64,000 nucleotides of DNA from an uncultured Acidobacteriaceae bacterium (GCA_963815175.1 CAWFGM010000038.1:57492-121491); one strand, 5' to 3'; positions 1-9,640 are shown, counted from the stretch's first letter. A program made the numbers and translations. The notes: generated by a model not told the origin, from the letters alone.

Positions 1-1086
1 AATGGGGCGCCAGGTGCTGAGGGCGCGCAGAATGACGACGGCTGCCGCCATGCCACAAATACCTCCCGCCAAAGAAACCAAAACGGCTTCGGTGAGGAGC
101 TGGCGAAGAATGAGCTGGCGGCGCGATCCGAGAGCGATGCGGAGTGCGATTTCACGCGAGCGATCGGCCGCCCGCGCGGCGAAGAGGCTACCGAGATTGG
201 CGCAGGCGGCAAGCAGGATAAGACCTGCGAGGAGCATGAGCCCAAGCATAAAAGCGCGCGTGGGTTTACCCAGGGTATTTCCTGCGAGCCCGGGGCGGGA
301 CAAGGAGAATTTCAGGCCAGCATCGGATTTGGGGTAGGTTTTCGCGAGCGAATTGGCAATGGTGTTCAAGTCTGCAGCAGCGGCGGCTGGTGTGACCCCG
401 GGCTTGAGGTGTCCTATGGCCCACGCGTTATGGTTGCCACGTTCCTCGAAGGAAAAGTAATCAGTGAGTTGCTGCGAGTTGACGATGGGAGCCCACAGAT
501 CGGGCGCGAAAAAGAGTTCGGTACCGCGGAAGTCCGGCGGGGCAACTCCGACGATGGTGAAGGGATACTTGTTGATGCGCACGGTGCGGCCTACCGCGGC
601 AGGGTCACCATTAAATTGGGTGTGCCAGAGCGCATAACTTAGAACGATCTCGGGCATGCTGTTGGGCCCATGTTCTTCGGAAGCGTGGATGTATCGGCCG
701 AGATAGGGCTTAACGCCGAGGGCATCGAAGTAATTGCCACTTACGGTGTAGGGCCAGACTACGGAGGGGTTTCCGTGGCCGGTATCGAGGCCGACGCCGC
801 CCATGATGTTATAGAGAATCAGCGAGTCAAAGCTGTGGTTTCTGTCACGCAGGTCGCGATAATCCGGATAGGACTGGGAAGGGGTGGTATCTGCCCCGTA
901 GGCGCGTTCCACCATGAAGAGCGACTCAGGGTGCGGCACGTTGAGGGGCCGCAGGATCAAGGCATTCAGCACGCTGAAGACGATGGCGTTGGCGCCAATG
1001 GCCAGGGCCAGGGTGAGCACGGCGGTCAAGGCGAATCCAGGCGCTTTTCGCAATTGCCGTAAGGCGAGTCGTATATCGGCGTTCAT
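1..1086 (-). CDS. ADOP/MacB-like ABC permease (FtsX family), N-terminal 362 aa; gene continues past the left edge
   Basis: My own translation of the minus strand from ATG at 1086 gives MNADIRLALRQLRKAPGFALTAVLTLALAIGANAIVFSVLNALILRPL... This covers TM1, a MacB-like periplasmic core and the start of the FtsX bundle (ALGSRRQLILRQLLTEAVLVSLAGG). There is no stop before position 1, so it is absent from the ORF track. Confidence 0.8.
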   Translation of the reverse strand, partial: MNADIRLALRQLRKAPGFALTAVLTLALAIGANAIVFSVLNALILRPLNVPHPESLFMVERAYGADTTPSQSYPDYRDLRDRNHSFDSLILYNIMGGVGLDTGHGNPSVVWPYTVSGNYFDALGVKPYLGRYIHASEEHGPNSMPEIVLSYALWHTQFNGDPAAVGRTVRINKYPFTIVGVAPPDFRGTELFFAPDLWAPIVNSQQLTDYFSFEERGNHNAWAIGHLKPGVTPAAAAADLNTIANSLAKTYPKSDAGLKFSLSRPGLAGNTLGKPTRAFMLGLMLLAGLILLAACANLGSLFAARAADRSREIALRIALGSRRQLILRQLLTEAVLVSLAGGICGMAAAVVILRALSTWRPI

Positions 1087-1188
1087 GCTAACCCTCGTTA
1101 CGCTTCGCGTGTATCTTAGTCGGGTTCCCGGGGCTTGTATTGGTTGTACGCAGTTGGTGGGGCGGCGGTTCCATTTGTTGTTGCCAGC

Positions 1189-1959
1189 TCATGGTGGCGA
1201 GGAGACGGCGCGGAGGCTGAAGCTGGCGATGCTGGCGGGGTTGGAGTTGGGACGCACCTGGAGGGTGCCGAGGACTTCCGCCGGCGACGGGTTTTGGTCG
1301 CGGAGCCGGAAGACGAGCACGCCAGGCAGCACCTCTTTGGAAGAGAGCAAGAGGAAGCCGCCGGTCTGCCGGCGAAGTTCCATCTGGGCGGCGGTGGCGG
1401 AGGCGAGAGCGGCATTGGGGAGAGCAGCCGCGAGCGCGGAGTAGTCTGCATGATTGAAGGCGGCGAGCCAGTTGTAGAGCAGGCGGCCGGCGGAGGTGTT
1501 GGGGATGTAGCCCACCTCGCCGCCGGAGCGGGGAAGGCGAACGATGATGGTGGGATGCACGGGGCTGACGTGGTCTCCCGGGTGGGCAGGGGTTGGAGCT
1601 TCGGAGGGATCGCCGAGGACGATGGTGTCGACCTGATTTGGATCGTCATCGTCTTTCTGGCCGGCAGCAGAGGCGGCTCCGGTTGCAGCGCTGGCGGAAC
1701 GATCAGCTCCGGAGTTACCCGAGGTGGGATGTGGATTCCCGGAGTGACTTAGGGCGTAGAGGACGGAGAAGAGCGCGGCGACAGCGGTGACGATCGCGAG
1801 CAGGATGGCTTTGGGGCTGAGCGGTTGCCGGCCAGTGATATAGAAGGTGGGAGCGGTGAGTGTGGGGACGCAGGTGGGCGGCGGGTGCGGGGTAAGTGGG
1901 TGTTCGTCGGGTTTTCCCGGCGGTAGCCGGGTCGGAGGTGCTCCGGCGGGGTTGGCCAC
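1189..1959 (-). CDS. hypothetical membrane-anchored protein (Pro-rich N-terminus, one TM helix)
   Basis: 256-aa ORF with a GTG start. KAILLAIVTAVAALFSVLYAL looks like a TM helix. No domain recognised. Its first codons and 5' flank recur at 15851-15900. Confidence 0.45.
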   Translation of the reverse strand: MANPAGAPPTRLPPGKPDEHPLTPHPPPTCVPTLTAPTFYITGRQPLSPKAILLAIVTAVAALFSVLYALSHSGNPHPTSGNSGADRSASAATGAASAAGQKDDDDPNQVDTIVLGDPSEAPTPAHPGDHVSPVHPTIIVRLPRSGGEVGYIPNTSAGRLLYNWLAAFNHADYSALAAALPNAALASATAAQMELRRQTGGFLLLSSKEVLPGVLVFRLRDQNPSPAEVLGTLQVRPNSNPASIASFSLRAVSSPP

Positions 1960-2279
1960 ACTGATAGTTTAGACGCGGGTGGCCTGGCGCGCGTGATCGC
2001 CGTTGGCGTGGTGCATCCTATGACCGAACGCGCCCCCCGTAGCCCAATTTGCCTCACGAGTTGTAGAATCCGAGGGATTCAGCTCCGATATCCGACCGGA
2101 GACTCTGGATGGTTCTTGATACTGGAACCGATCCGAAGATTTGCAAATCAGGTTCAGAGTAGGGATGTGAGTTTATACGCCGGTTGCTCGCGGGGCTCTC
2201 CGGCATTCTCACTTATGCTCGCATTCGCACTTCGGTCTTCGGTTCAGGCGCCTAACTTCAATATGGAGGATTTGATGCC

Positions 2280-2672
2280 ATGACTCAACCTGAGATCTCG
2301 AATGGACCTCCTCTCACCTTCGAACGCGAAGTGGACGAGGCTCCTGGCACGGTGGTCTTCCATTTCTCAGGACCCTTTACGGCGCGCACGGTATTCGAAT
2401 GCCAATCAGCCGAGGCCGTGAGCAAGATGTTCGATTTGCAATTGATGTTGCCCAGCGGCGAGCCACCAATGGTTAACATCTTCGACCTGACGGACGTTCC
2501 GTACATGGATTCTTCGGGATTGGGCATGGTGATCAGGCATTATGTCCGGTGCCAGGATAAAGGGGTTCGGTTTATTGCCACCGGAGTGAACCCACGCGTG
2601 CTGGAATTGTTCAAGCTCACTCATGTGGACTCGGTTATTCCCCTAACCGCCACAGTTGAAGAAGAGAGTTAG
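2280..2672 (+). CDS. STAS-domain protein (anti-sigma-factor antagonist, SpoIIAA-like)
   Basis: 130 aa. It has the DLTDVPYMDSSGLGMVI motif (conserved DSSGLG with the phosphorylatable Ser) and the C-terminal LELFKLTHVD helix typical of STAS. Confidence 0.8.
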   Translation: MTQPEISNGPPLTFEREVDEAPGTVVFHFSGPFTARTVFECQSAEAVSKMFDLQLMLPSGEPPMVNIFDLTDVPYMDSSGLGMVIRHYVRCQDKGVRFIATGVNPRVLELFKLTHVDSVIPLTATVEEES

Positions 2673-2800
2673 CTGAAGCGAAGACATTCAGATCTTGATC
2701 TGCTGGTGATGGGATGTTTCCCGGCTGTAGGCAGGGGAACGTTTGGTCTCTCACTGGTTATCCTGTCACTGGGTCTCCTGGGATGTTGCACGGAGGAATC

Positions 2801-3559
2801 ATGAGCATCACAGACGGCGCCTCTCCGATCCAGCGCGGACAACTCGCCGGACAGACGGTCGTGGTGATCGGTGGCAGCGCCGGCATCGGGCTCGAAACCG
2901 GGCGGCTAGCGCGAGCCGAAGGGGCGAAGCTTGTCCTCGCTGCCCGAAATCCCGATCGCCTTCGCTACGTAGCGAGCGAACTCGCCGCAGTCCATTCAGC
3001 GGCGTTCGACGCCACCGACTTCGAGCGCCTGGGGCAGTTCTTCGGCGAACTGCCTTCTATGATCGACCACGTACTCGTCACTGGCCCTGGTCCCTACTAC
3101 GCGCCGCTGGCGGACTTCGATTTCGAAAAAGCACGTCGCGACGTTGAGGCGCATCTGTTTCTTCCGATGCAGGTCGCTCGTCACGCCGCAAGCAAGGTTC
3201 GCCCGGGAGGAAGCCTGCTCTTCATTGGCGGTACGGGGGGCCGCCGCACGGCCAAGGGATTCGCTCTCATCTCGGCGCTTACGGCCGGGATGCCGGCCCT
3301 GACAAAAAATCTGGCGCTCGAACTCGCGCCGGTTCGCGTCAACCTCATCGCCGCCGGGTTTGTTGACACACCATTGTCAGCGTCGCTCCTCGGCGATCAG
3401 CTAGACGCGCGTCGCGAGCAACTGCGCAGCACTCTGCCGATCGGCCGCGTGGTCGGGCCGGCCGACATTGCCGCCCTGGCCGTTCACCTCATGGCAAACA
3501 CGGCCGTCACCGGAGCGACATACGATATCGACGGCGGTCAGCAGATCGTCGAGGGGTGA
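2801..3559 (+). CDS. SDR-family oxidoreductase (short-chain dehydrogenase/reductase)
   Basis: Rossmann motif VVVIGGSAGIGLETG. GGAGG lies 4 nt upstream of ATG 2801. The longer ORF from 2714 has no RBS and adds a non-SDR N-terminus. Confidence 0.85.
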   Translation: MSITDGASPIQRGQLAGQTVVVIGGSAGIGLETGRLARAEGAKLVLAARNPDRLRYVASELAAVHSAAFDATDFERLGQFFGELPSMIDHVLVTGPGPYYAPLADFDFEKARRDVEAHLFLPMQVARHAASKVRPGGSLLFIGGTGGRRTAKGFALISALTAGMPALTKNLALELAPVRVNLIAAGFVDTPLSASLLGDQLDARREQLRSTLPIGRVVGPADIAALAVHLMANTAVTGATYDIDGGQQIVEG

Positions 3560-3681
3560 GGCCGACCCCTGGCCGGGCTGCGCCTCAAGGCGCGGCCGGT
3601 GGTAGTTTCAAGGTTGTCAAAGACCGCGCAATCAAGAGCACGCACTGAGCGCACCCTACTTTCACAACGCTGATGTTTCGC

Positions 3682-3691
3682 GGGGGGGGGG
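3682..3691. repeat. homopolymeric G10 tract in an ORF-poor region
   Basis: Read directly: c gggggggggg c at 3681-3692. Confidence 0.9.
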
Positions 3692-4126
3692 CGGATGCAC
3701 GGGTGGAAAGAGCCGGTGCAAAGCCGAGCAGGGCCGTGGTAAGACAGCGCTGGTGTGAATTCTTGATTCCAAAGTAGTACGGTTTTTGGGCCTTGTCCAG
3801 GGCAAGAAAAATAATTTTGGTAACCATGGGGGCGCTCTTTTACTTCATTATCGGGCAAGGATGTATTGCGGGAAGAGCAGTAAGCACCGGTCGTTGGGGC
3901 AGGTAAGGGAACATCATGGACCTATCCCCGATCGATTGATCCGCCCCTGGGGGCGTGCCCGGGCGATGGCCCTAGTTGCGGTTTGGTTTCAGGAATGCGG
4001 TGTTCCCGTCTTAGTTTCCCTGCGAGGTGCCGGCTAAGTCCTTTGTTTGACGAAGGTGTCCAAATTTTTATTTTTCCCGCCCTCATAAGCTGCTTAGGAG
4101 AGAGGCGGTTTCCGGCTGCCGGCTGC

Positions 4127-4162
4127 GCTTTCGGCTAAAGCCGTGCCCCGACACAAAGCACG
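4127..4162. repeat. REP-like interspersed element (ggctaaagcc...gacacaaagca family)
   Basis: gctttcggctaaagccgtgccccgacacaaagca resembles the copies at 23597-23662, 39178-39237 and 60905-60970. Confidence 0.55.
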
Positions 4163-4465
4163 ATGTGCCGCGGCTCATTCGATGAGCAGAATCTCAAAAT
4201 CATCGGGTCCTGGTTAGGACGGTATTACAGCTCGGCATTTCCGTCCAGAGTTCCGGGAAAAAAAGATGTGGAAGAAGGGTAGGGGAACTACGGAAATGAG
4301 TGGGTGCTTGCAATGTTGGGCAGCGAGTTTTCCCGTCTGGCGGTAGAGTGCAAAATTCTATCTCCGACACACTCTCAGGCTATCCCGCTTTCCCTCCTCA
4401 CGAAACTCCCGCCGAAAACGGCCTTAACGTCCTACGAATTTGGCCGCTTGCAAAAAGCCCTTTGC

Positions 4466-4485
4466 GTTATTACATTAGTAATAAC
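4466..4485. promoter_or_regulatory. perfect 8-4-8 palindrome GTTATTAC-ATTA-GTAATAAC, candidate antitoxin operator
   Basis: Read directly. It lies 18-37 nt upstream of the GTG of the antitoxin gene, just before the GGAGGG RBS at 4492-4497. Confidence 0.5.
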
Positions 4486-4502
4486 ATTTTTGGAGGGCTG
4501 CC

Positions 4503-4730
4503 GTGGTTGAACTTAAGGTGCGCAAGTTCGGGAACTCGCTGGGGGTCGTATTGCCCAAGGAAGTAATCAGCCGTCTGCACACCGGGAATGGCGAAGCTTT
4601 GTTCCTGATCGAAGCGCCGGATGGAGGCTACCAGCTTACTCCCTACGATCCCAGCTTCGAGAAGAGGATGGCGAAAGCGGAGGACATCATGAACCGCTAC
4701 CGCAACACGCTGCATGTTCTCGCCGAATGA
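4503..4730 (+). CDS. AbrB/MazE (SpoVT-AbrB) type antitoxin, partner of Doc
   Basis: 75 aa. VELKVRKFGNSLGVVLPKEVISRL is the looped-hinge-helix signature. GTG start with an RBS. 4-nt ATGA overlap with the doc gene. Confidence 0.8.
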   Translation: MVELKVRKFGNSLGVVLPKEVISRLHTGNGEALFLIEAPDGGYQLTPYDPSFEKRMAKAEDIMNRYRNTLHVLAE

Positions 4731-5122
4731 AGAAGCCGGTCTGGATCGACGAGCGCGACGCCCTCGTCCTGCACAACCGTCTGTTGGCGCTGCATGGTGG
4801 AGCTGGGGGTTTACGTGATGGCATATTGCTGCAATCGGCGCTGGCACGCCCACAGCAGCAATATGCCTATGCCGAGGGCGCTGACATCATCGATATGGCA
4901 ACGGCCTATACGGCGGGTATCGTGCGCAACCACCCGTTCCTTGATGGCAACAAGCGTACGGGGTTCGTGGCCGGCATCCTGTTTCTCGAACTCAACGGCT
5001 ATCGTTTTGTCGCCAGTGAGGAAGATGCCGCACAAGCGGTTTTGAAGCTCGCGGACGGCACGCTCGATGAAGCGGATTACAGCACTTTCCTGCGTGGCAA
5101 TGTGAAGCGAAGGAAGAAATAG
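4727..5122 (+). CDS. doc: type II toxin Doc (death-on-curing, Fic fold)
   Basis: 131 aa carrying the Fic/Doc motif HPFLDGNKRTG, at typical Doc length and translationally coupled to the upstream antitoxin. Confidence 0.9.
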   Translation: MKKPVWIDERDALVLHNRLLALHGGAGGLRDGILLQSALARPQQQYAYAEGADIIDMATAYTAGIVRNHPFLDGNKRTGFVAGILFLELNGYRFVASEEDAAQAVLKLADGTLDEADYSTFLRGNVKRRKK

Positions 5123-5248
5123 AACTCCTCAATTGCGGGAGACCGGTGCTGTCCAGTGAAGTGGCCCACTCCACCCATGTCCGCCGCCGGATCAAAATTT
5201 AAGGGAATAGGTATCCATGTCGATGCATTAGACGTCTGTCTGACATTC

Positions 5249-6160
5249 CTAACCGGGAATGCGGATAGCCGCTGTAGCGACTCCCGTGTTGCCGGTAGCT
5301 TTCTGGTAGGCGTACACGGTTATTTCGTAGCGGCCCGGCAGCGGCTGGTCCCATGTTCCTTGAAACTGGCCTGGTGTGGTGGCAGTGGCTACAAATTGCA
5401 ATGGTATGGTCGCGGGAGCAGTGCCTGGGCTAGAGATGACCGCCGCGACCTCATACTCATCGGGCAGCCACGGCTGCTGATCGGCAGGCATCTCGGGGCA
5501 GACCATCTTCGATTCCTGGGTTTTGTAATCGATAGGACAGCCGCACATCATGGCCACGTAGGCCTGAATGCTTAAGTGGGAAGGCGACTTGGCCGTCTCA
5601 TTTGCTGTTGGAGAAACGATTTGTACGATCAGCCCAGGAAGTTCGAAAAGGAACCCATCTCCTTCGACGATATCTTTTCCCGGATAAACCCACTGGGTAG
5701 CGGAAACAGTATTTGCGGATTGCGGGTAGTTGAGCGGCCCATGGGCGATGATCTCAACGCGTCTTGGACGATCCAGCATCAACTGCGCCGTGTAGGAGGA
5801 GGCATCGGTGGTGGGGATGGGCTCGCCGCGTTGCAATAGGGCACACATCACGCCGCCGGGGCCGTTTATTCCCGAGCTGCCGCTGGTTTTTCCTTTGGCG
5901 AGAAGTTCCCCGGTGTGAGCGTCGCGGATGGTGACCGAGGCACCGCCGACATCGTCACCCAAAAACTTTCCGTCCCGTGCTATCACACGGACACACACCT
6001 TGGTGCAGACGGCTTCGCCGCCCAACTGGCTGGCATCTTGTCCAGCATTGGGCATGGCGAAGACTATTTGTGCCTGGCGGACTGCGGCCACCGATGCCAG
6101 TCCGCCGAGAAGCATTCTACGGCTGAGGGTTGATGCTGTTTTCCGCGGCATGCCGGTCAT
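5249..6160 (-). CDS. secreted hypothetical protein (Tat-like signal)
   Basis: 303 aa. The N-terminus SRRMLLGGLASVAAVRQA is a twin-arginine-like signal. There is a Cys-containing middle part and a C-terminal beta-rich region. No family recognised. Confidence 0.6.
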   Translation of the reverse strand: MTGMPRKTASTLSRRMLLGGLASVAAVRQAQIVFAMPNAGQDASQLGGEAVCTKVCVRVIARDGKFLGDDVGGASVTIRDAHTGELLAKGKTSGSSGINGPGGVMCALLQRGEPIPTTDASSYTAQLMLDRPRRVEIIAHGPLNYPQSANTVSATQWVYPGKDIVEGDGFLFELPGLIVQIVSPTANETAKSPSHLSIQAYVAMMCGCPIDYKTQESKMVCPEMPADQQPWLPDEYEVAAVISSPGTAPATIPLQFVATATTPGQFQGTWDQPLPGRYEITVYAYQKATGNTGVATAAIRIPG

Positions 6161-6395
6161 GGTGCAGGTCTCCGTTTAGTCAGAACTCTCCCTGGCATTC
6201 GGCATGGCAAAGATAACGCGTGCCTTGGGGGAATGCTGCGACCGATGATGCTGTTAGGAATTTGGACAATCGTATACAGCAGGGATGACTTCGTCAACGG
6301 GGATGTTCAGCAAGAGATCTGTCACTTAATCCTTTTCCACGACGTCTGGTCCCTTCCACGCCCAACTGGACATGTGTCCCCGTCGATCGTCATTG

Positions 6396-7310
6396 TTATC
6401 TCGACTCAAGAACGGCAAAGTGCCCGGTGTGATCGATGAAGACGCGCCGGAAGAGCCCTATCGTCAGCACACCGTCGAATCCCTTTGCAATGGAATCTTT
6501 CTGTGAACCGGCGAGACTGAAGAACGGCACGCCGGTCAATTCGAGTGGGCCGATCTTCAGGTCCTGCGGCGGCAAAGCCGAAAAGATCCGCTGCGCTCCA
6601 TCCACACCGCTCCCGCGCACGGCCACGGTTTGAGACAGCTGCAGCGCCATGTATTGAGAGGTGTTGTAGAGGATGGGAGCATTCGCGCCGGAGTCGAGCA
6701 TGAGGCGAACGGGCCGTGTCCCGTCGGTTAGATGGGCCGCGATGATGAGCAAACCGGGCAACACCGCGCCGTTCGCCGCCTCAGCCGAAGCCACGAGCGG
6801 GATATGCGTTCCCTTCACGCCGGCTCGCATCGCACCCGTGTCATCGAGGCAAAGCAAACTGTGTGCATTGTCGATCAACATGTCGAAGTGCTCGAGAAAA
6901 TCCTCGCCGAGGATTCCCTGAATGTGCAGGTCGGCGGACTGGAGATTCTGCAGATCATAGACAACGACCCTCTGGTTGGCAACGGAGCGAGAACCCACTT
7001 CGAGCAGGTCCAACTTCGCGATGGAAGCAGATTGACGCGATCCCGCGCCTGCGACGATAGCCGCGCCCTGGGTTTCCAGGTGAAGTCCCGTGGCCAGCGA
7101 AGGATCGATCATCGTGATCTGGGTGCCGGTGTCCAATTGGAAGTTGTAGGGTCCCGTGTGGTTGATGGATACAGCCAAAACAATCAGGTGGTGGTTGACG
7201 AAGCGGAAGGGTAGACTGGCGACATTTCCAGGGCAATGCGTTTCTGCCGGAAGCGCGGGGACTATGGTTGCTGCAAGAACCAGGGAAGCGAAACTCTTGA
7301 AATTTGTCAT
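6396..7310 (-). CDS. secreted two-domain retropepsin-like aspartic protease
   Basis: 304 aa with a signal peptide and two D-T/S-G catalytic motifs in one chain (FQLDTGTQITMID and LMLDSGANAPILY). Confidence 0.7.
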   Translation of the reverse strand: MTNFKSFASLVLAATIVPALPAETHCPGNVASLPFRFVNHHLIVLAVSINHTGPYNFQLDTGTQITMIDPSLATGLHLETQGAAIVAGAGSRQSASIAKLDLLEVGSRSVANQRVVVYDLQNLQSADLHIQGILGEDFLEHFDMLIDNAHSLLCLDDTGAMRAGVKGTHIPLVASAEAANGAVLPGLLIIAAHLTDGTRPVRLMLDSGANAPILYNTSQYMALQLSQTVAVRGSGVDGAQRIFSALPPQDLKIGPLELTGVPFFSLAGSQKDSIAKGFDGVLTIGLFRRVFIDHTGHFAVLESR

Positions 7311-7412
7311 TGCAGAGCTCCTCAGCCGGGTAGGCTGAGGTCACTCTGGGCGGGTGGTTCCGCATGGTCTTGGCGGAACTATGACGAAATTCCGACCACC
7401 TATGGCGGTTTT

Positions 7413-9522
7413 ATGACGGAGAGTAAGTCGCTTTGTTTTCCGCTTCGGAGACGTGGAGATTCGCGAGCGGGAGTTCTGCCTGGTCAAGGCGGGCGAGGTT
7501 TCGCCGATCGAGCCAAAGGCGTTTCGCGTCCTTTTATTCCTTCTCCACAACCCACAAAAACTGATCACGAAGGAGGAGTTGCTCGACGCGGTATGGGCCG
7601 ATGCGTCCGTCACAGAAAGCTCTCTCACGCGCAGCATCGCGAAGCTGCGCCGCGCGCTGGGAGATGACATCCGGGAGCCGCGTTACATCGCCACCGTGGC
7701 GACGGTCGGGTATCGGTTCATTGGCAAGGTCGAAGTTTCTGAGGAGCCTTCAGGAGTACGGGAGAACGACCGAAAATCCACCCGGCTTGAGCGGCGACGG
7801 GAAGAAGGTTGGAAGCCGGAGGCAATTGCGCGGCTGGGCGCTGGCCGTCGGCGGCGTGTTCGCTCTATGCCTGGCGGGCGCCATCTGGTACCTGCACCGC
7901 CCGCTGCCCCCGCCCCGCATCACGCAATACACCCAGATCACCCATGACGGCCGCCAGAAGGTTCTCGTAGGAACAGACGGGAGCCGGCTCTACTTCAATT
8001 GGATGTCGGGTCCGTTATCGCCCGAATCGATCGCTCAGGTCGCAATCTCGGGCGGAGGGATTGCACCGGTCCCGGTTGCATTACCCAACCCATTCCTGGT
8101 GGACGTTTCGCCGAATGGGTCCAGCTTTCTCGTTGGTGCGGACACAGGATTATGGAATGTGCGAATCCTGGGAGGCCAGGCTCGCCACCTGGGAGATGCC
8201 GATGACGCGTCCTTTTCACCGGACGGGAACTCCGTGGCCTATCTGCGGCAGGTGGTGGCATCTACGTCGTGGGGAGCGATGGGACGGGAACGCACAAACT
8301 GGCCTCTTCCTGGAGACACCGTCAGCGACATCGCATGGTCTCCGGACGGCGGTGCGATCCGGTTTACCATGAAGGACCGGATTTGGGAGATGTCTTCGAG
8401 CGGTTCGGGGCTTCACGAGGTGATGCCCGGTTGGCACGACTCCTCCGCTAGAATGCTGTGGCAAGTGGACTCCTGACGGGAAACTCTTCCTGTTCATTTC
8501 GGATGGGCAGATCTGGGCTCTCGACGAGCGGCGCGGGCTGTTCCGCCGGCCGCCGGCGGAACCGATTCAATTGACTCAAGGCCCCATCCGCTGGGGCGGA
8601 CCATTTCCCGGCAACTACTTTGGCCGGGGAATTCTGGGGAGGACCCGTTCCAAGCAAGGACGGAAGCAGGATATTCGCGCTGGGCTTATCACCCCGAGGT
8701 GAGCTTTCCCGGTTCGATTCGAAGACCAAACAGTTCCAGCCCTTCCTGGGAGGCATCTCCGCCCAGGGTGTCTCCTACTCCAAAGACGGCAAGTCGATAG
8801 CCTATGTCTCCTACCCCGAAGGCATCCTGTGGAAGGCGAACAGCGATGGAAGCAACCCCGTGCAACTGACCGATCCTCCGCTCCAGGCTTTCATGCCCCG
8901 CTGGTCGCCAGACGGCAAACAGATCTCCTTTGCGGGCGATTATCCTGGACCGAATGGGGCGTTTTACATTGTCTCCTCAGATGGCGGCAGCCCGCGGAAG
9001 TTTCTCGCCCAGGACCCACATCTGGATGGGTTTCTTACCTGGTCGCCGGATGGACACCAGATGGCTGGCACTTCGACCTCCGCGGACGGAAAATTCGTTC
9101 TAGTAATTCTCAACCTCGACACTGGCCAGGACACAATCATTCCCGGATCGGCTGGCTTGTTTGAGCCACGCTGGTCTCCGGACGGCCGATACCTCGCAGC
9201 CGCTGGTTTTGATAGCCTGCAGCTGAAACTATTCGATCTGAAGACAGGAAAATGGTCGGAACTTACGCCACCGGGAATTGCGGATTGTCCCGAGTGGTCA
9301 GGGGATAGCGAGTTCATTTATTTCAGGCGCGTGAGCGGCGACCCGGGACTGTTTCGAATCCGCATCAGTGGTGGCACGGCGGAGAAGATCGTCGATCTAA
9401 AGGATTGGCACGACGCTGGATGGTTTGGAAGGTATATGGGGCTGGACCCCACAGACGCGCCGTTGCTGCTCCGCGACATTGGAAGCGAGGATATCTACGC
9501 CCTCACTTTGGATCAGAAATGA
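7413..9522 (+). pseudogene. CadC/OmpR-type winged-helix regulator fused to TM + TolB-like beta-propeller, multiply frameshifted
   Basis: The wHTH part is FRFGDVEIREREFCLVKAGEVSPIEPKAFRVLLFLL...VGYRF. It is followed by a TM segment (WALAVGGVFALCLAGAIWY) and repeated SPDG/WSPDG propeller blades. The sequence is spread over all three frames (ORFs 7453.., 7601.., 8269.., 8620..). Breaks lie near 7750-7790, 8255, 8308, 8450 and 8591-8633. Confidence 0.75.
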
Positions 9523-9640
9523 GGCTGCGGTGGGATGACAAAGTTGAGGGCGGTGGCCCCACCTTGGCGTGAGTGGGGGCGGATGGGCTCTCTTTTTTTC
9601 AGTTGTCTTACGCTGGGACTCATGAGGCTTTGGAATGGCC

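Noticed and set aside
3538-4566. Short ORFs in the 3.56-4.5 kb gap (3538..3858, 3585..3827, 3786..4037, 4300..4566, 4304..4510)
   Set aside because: They have no RBS or recognisable motifs, and mutually overlapping frames. The region is treated as non-coding.
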